64,000 nucleotides of DNA, taken from positions 62,001 through 126,000 of the IMG/VR virus record IMGVR_UViG_3300008255_000103; one strand, 5' to 3'. Source of the stretch: an uncultured virus (IMG/VR IMGVR_UViG_3300008255_000103) (lineage: Duplodnaviria > Heunggongvirae > Uroviricota > Caudoviricetes). Both the position numbers and the translations under genes were made by a program. Below the pieces are notes generated by a model, which had not been told where the DNA came from, ran no database searches, and worked only from the letters and a program-made list of their open reading frames with translations. Positions 62,687-64,000 of this stretch are shown here, one piece after another. Numbering within the stretch: the first letter of the stretch is position 1; every line of letters begins with the position of its first letter.

Positions 62687-63352
62687 TTAGAACTGTGGAT
62701 TGAAGTGGAATACTGCCCATGCATAAGTTCTAGTACCAAGAGCCGAAGCTAAGTAATTTGGAGTATTTACCAAAGAACCATTGGTTTCGAAGCTTACAAA
62801 GTGACCGACTACGATTGTGTTACCACCAGCAGCAGTACTTCCAACTGGAGTTAACTTTCCACCTACGGTTGCGGATGCTGGTACCCAAGTTAATGAAGTT
62901 CCAGTATCAAGAGCTGCATTTCCAGGGACTAAGCCGTCTGCTGCTTGGTCACAAGCTGCATCTAAGGTTACTGCATAAAGTCCTGGCTTATCCCAAAGAG
63001 TGACTTTGCCAGATCCAGTAGCGGTGTGAGGACCTAAGACTGCGCCACCAGTTGCTACTTGACCAACTGTTCCACCGACTACAGATCCAAATAGAGTTCC
63101 ATATCCAGTGATACCATCATCAGCTAACATCAATGGACGAGCAGAGGTTGCTACGTTACGAGTAACAACAACTCTCTTTAAAGAATTAACATATCCATCA
63201 AATACATCATAAGCAGCTTTATCAGTTGCAGAAGTTGCGACAACAGATGCAAAAGTAACGACTTCGCCGCCCATAAGGGTTAATACTTCTGTATCAAGTC
63301 CATCGAACTGACCTAATGGTTGAACACCCGGTTGTAAAAGTTTTAGAGCCAT
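62687..63352 (-). CDS. Putative head decoration / capsid stabilising protein
   Basis: Gly/Ala/Thr-rich, upstream of the MCP, GSGKVTLW...G.Y.V motif, own terminator. Confidence 0.65.
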   Translation of the reverse strand: MALKLLQPGVQPLGQFDGLDTEVLTLMGGEVVTFASVVATSATDKAAYDVFDGYVNSLKRVVVTRNVATSARPLMLADDGITGYGTLFGSVVGGTVGQVATGGAVLGPHTATGSGKVTLWDKPGLYAVTLDAACDQAADGLVPGNAALDTGTSLTWVPASATVGGKLTPVGSTAAGGNTIVVGHFVSFETNGSLVNTPNYLASALGTRTYAWAVFHFNPQF

Positions 63353-63559
63353 TTTGTTTTCCTATAATCTCTAATGCTGTTAAAAACAGCATCGTTACTT
63401 ACACCTTAAACTTACTAAATATAACATATATTTTTTTATGCCCATATAACAAACGATTATTTAATTAATGTACTGGATTAAAGTGAAAAACCATATATTC
63501 ATAAGTTTTTATGCTTGATAATGAAGATAACGTATATTTTTATGCCTATGGATATACTG

Positions 63560-64000
63560 TTATAGTGCGAATTTTAGTCCACTAAGCTCTTCTTCTAATT
63601 TACTAGCCATTTCTTCTGTAGATTTTCGTACAGATTCTGGTGTTTTTTCTGGCATTGGACCTGCGCCTTCAGGAACTGTAGAAGGTTCATTTATAATAGT
63701 ATTATTCTCTGTAGCAGCCTTATCAATTTGTCTTTTTGCATTTGCTTCAATACTTTTAGCACGATATAATATAATAAGTATATATTGAAGTGATGCTTTA
63801 TATGGAGGAAATGCTCTTACTATATCTTCAAAATCATTAGCAATTAATCCTTTACCACCCTCTAATATTTGTGTCTTATCAACAAATTTGTTCAAATACC
63901 CCTTATCTTCTATTTGTTCTGCTTGATAAGTTTGTGAACTTAAATTTTCTGTAGCTTGATTTATTAATGTAGCATTTTCATCAACTACCGTTTTAAATAG
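63560..64000 (-). CDS. Hypothetical protein, 5'-truncated by the window edge
   Basis: Frame stays open from 64000 (LFKTVVDENATLINQ...) into the tracked ORF. Confidence 0.6.
   Translation of the reverse strand, partial: LFKTVVDENATLINQATENLSSQTYQAEQIEDKGYLNKFVDKTQILEGGKGLIANDFEDIVRAFPPYKASLQYILIILYRAKSIEANAKRQIDKAATENNTIINEPSTVPEGAGPMPEKTPESVRKSTEEMASKLEEELSGLKFAL

Overview
This AT-rich window is the virion morphogenesis region of a large contractile-tailed (myovirus-like, probably jumbo) bacteriophage, read almost entirely on the minus strand. From right to left it carries: head decoration protein, major capsid protein, three collagen-like fibre genes, a CCA-adding enzyme, an ~11 kb NDP-sugar/glycosyltransferase/methyltransferase operon ending in a patatin, a cold-shock protein, neck/adaptor genes, tail fibres, tail completion, sheath, tube, frameshifted tail chaperones, tape measure, hub, spike, wedge and a baseplate J-like gene that runs off the window. 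Five HNH genes and a decayed LAGLIDADG gene are interspersed. The most unusual signal is the tripeptide Asp-Gly-Tyr (DGY). It occurs about 31 times by manual count, all in predicted or probable structural proteins and never in the enzymes, nucleases, capsid, tube, hub or tape measure. A protein-glycosylation-type operon lies in the same region, which suggests a phage-encoded, sequon-directed virion surface modification system. Other observations: a -1 frameshift, two recurring upstream motifs, a leaderless sigma70-type cca gene, a broken 2H-phosphoesterase and a collagen-III-like GPCCG knot. All functional calls come from motif recognition and gene order; no database searches were run.
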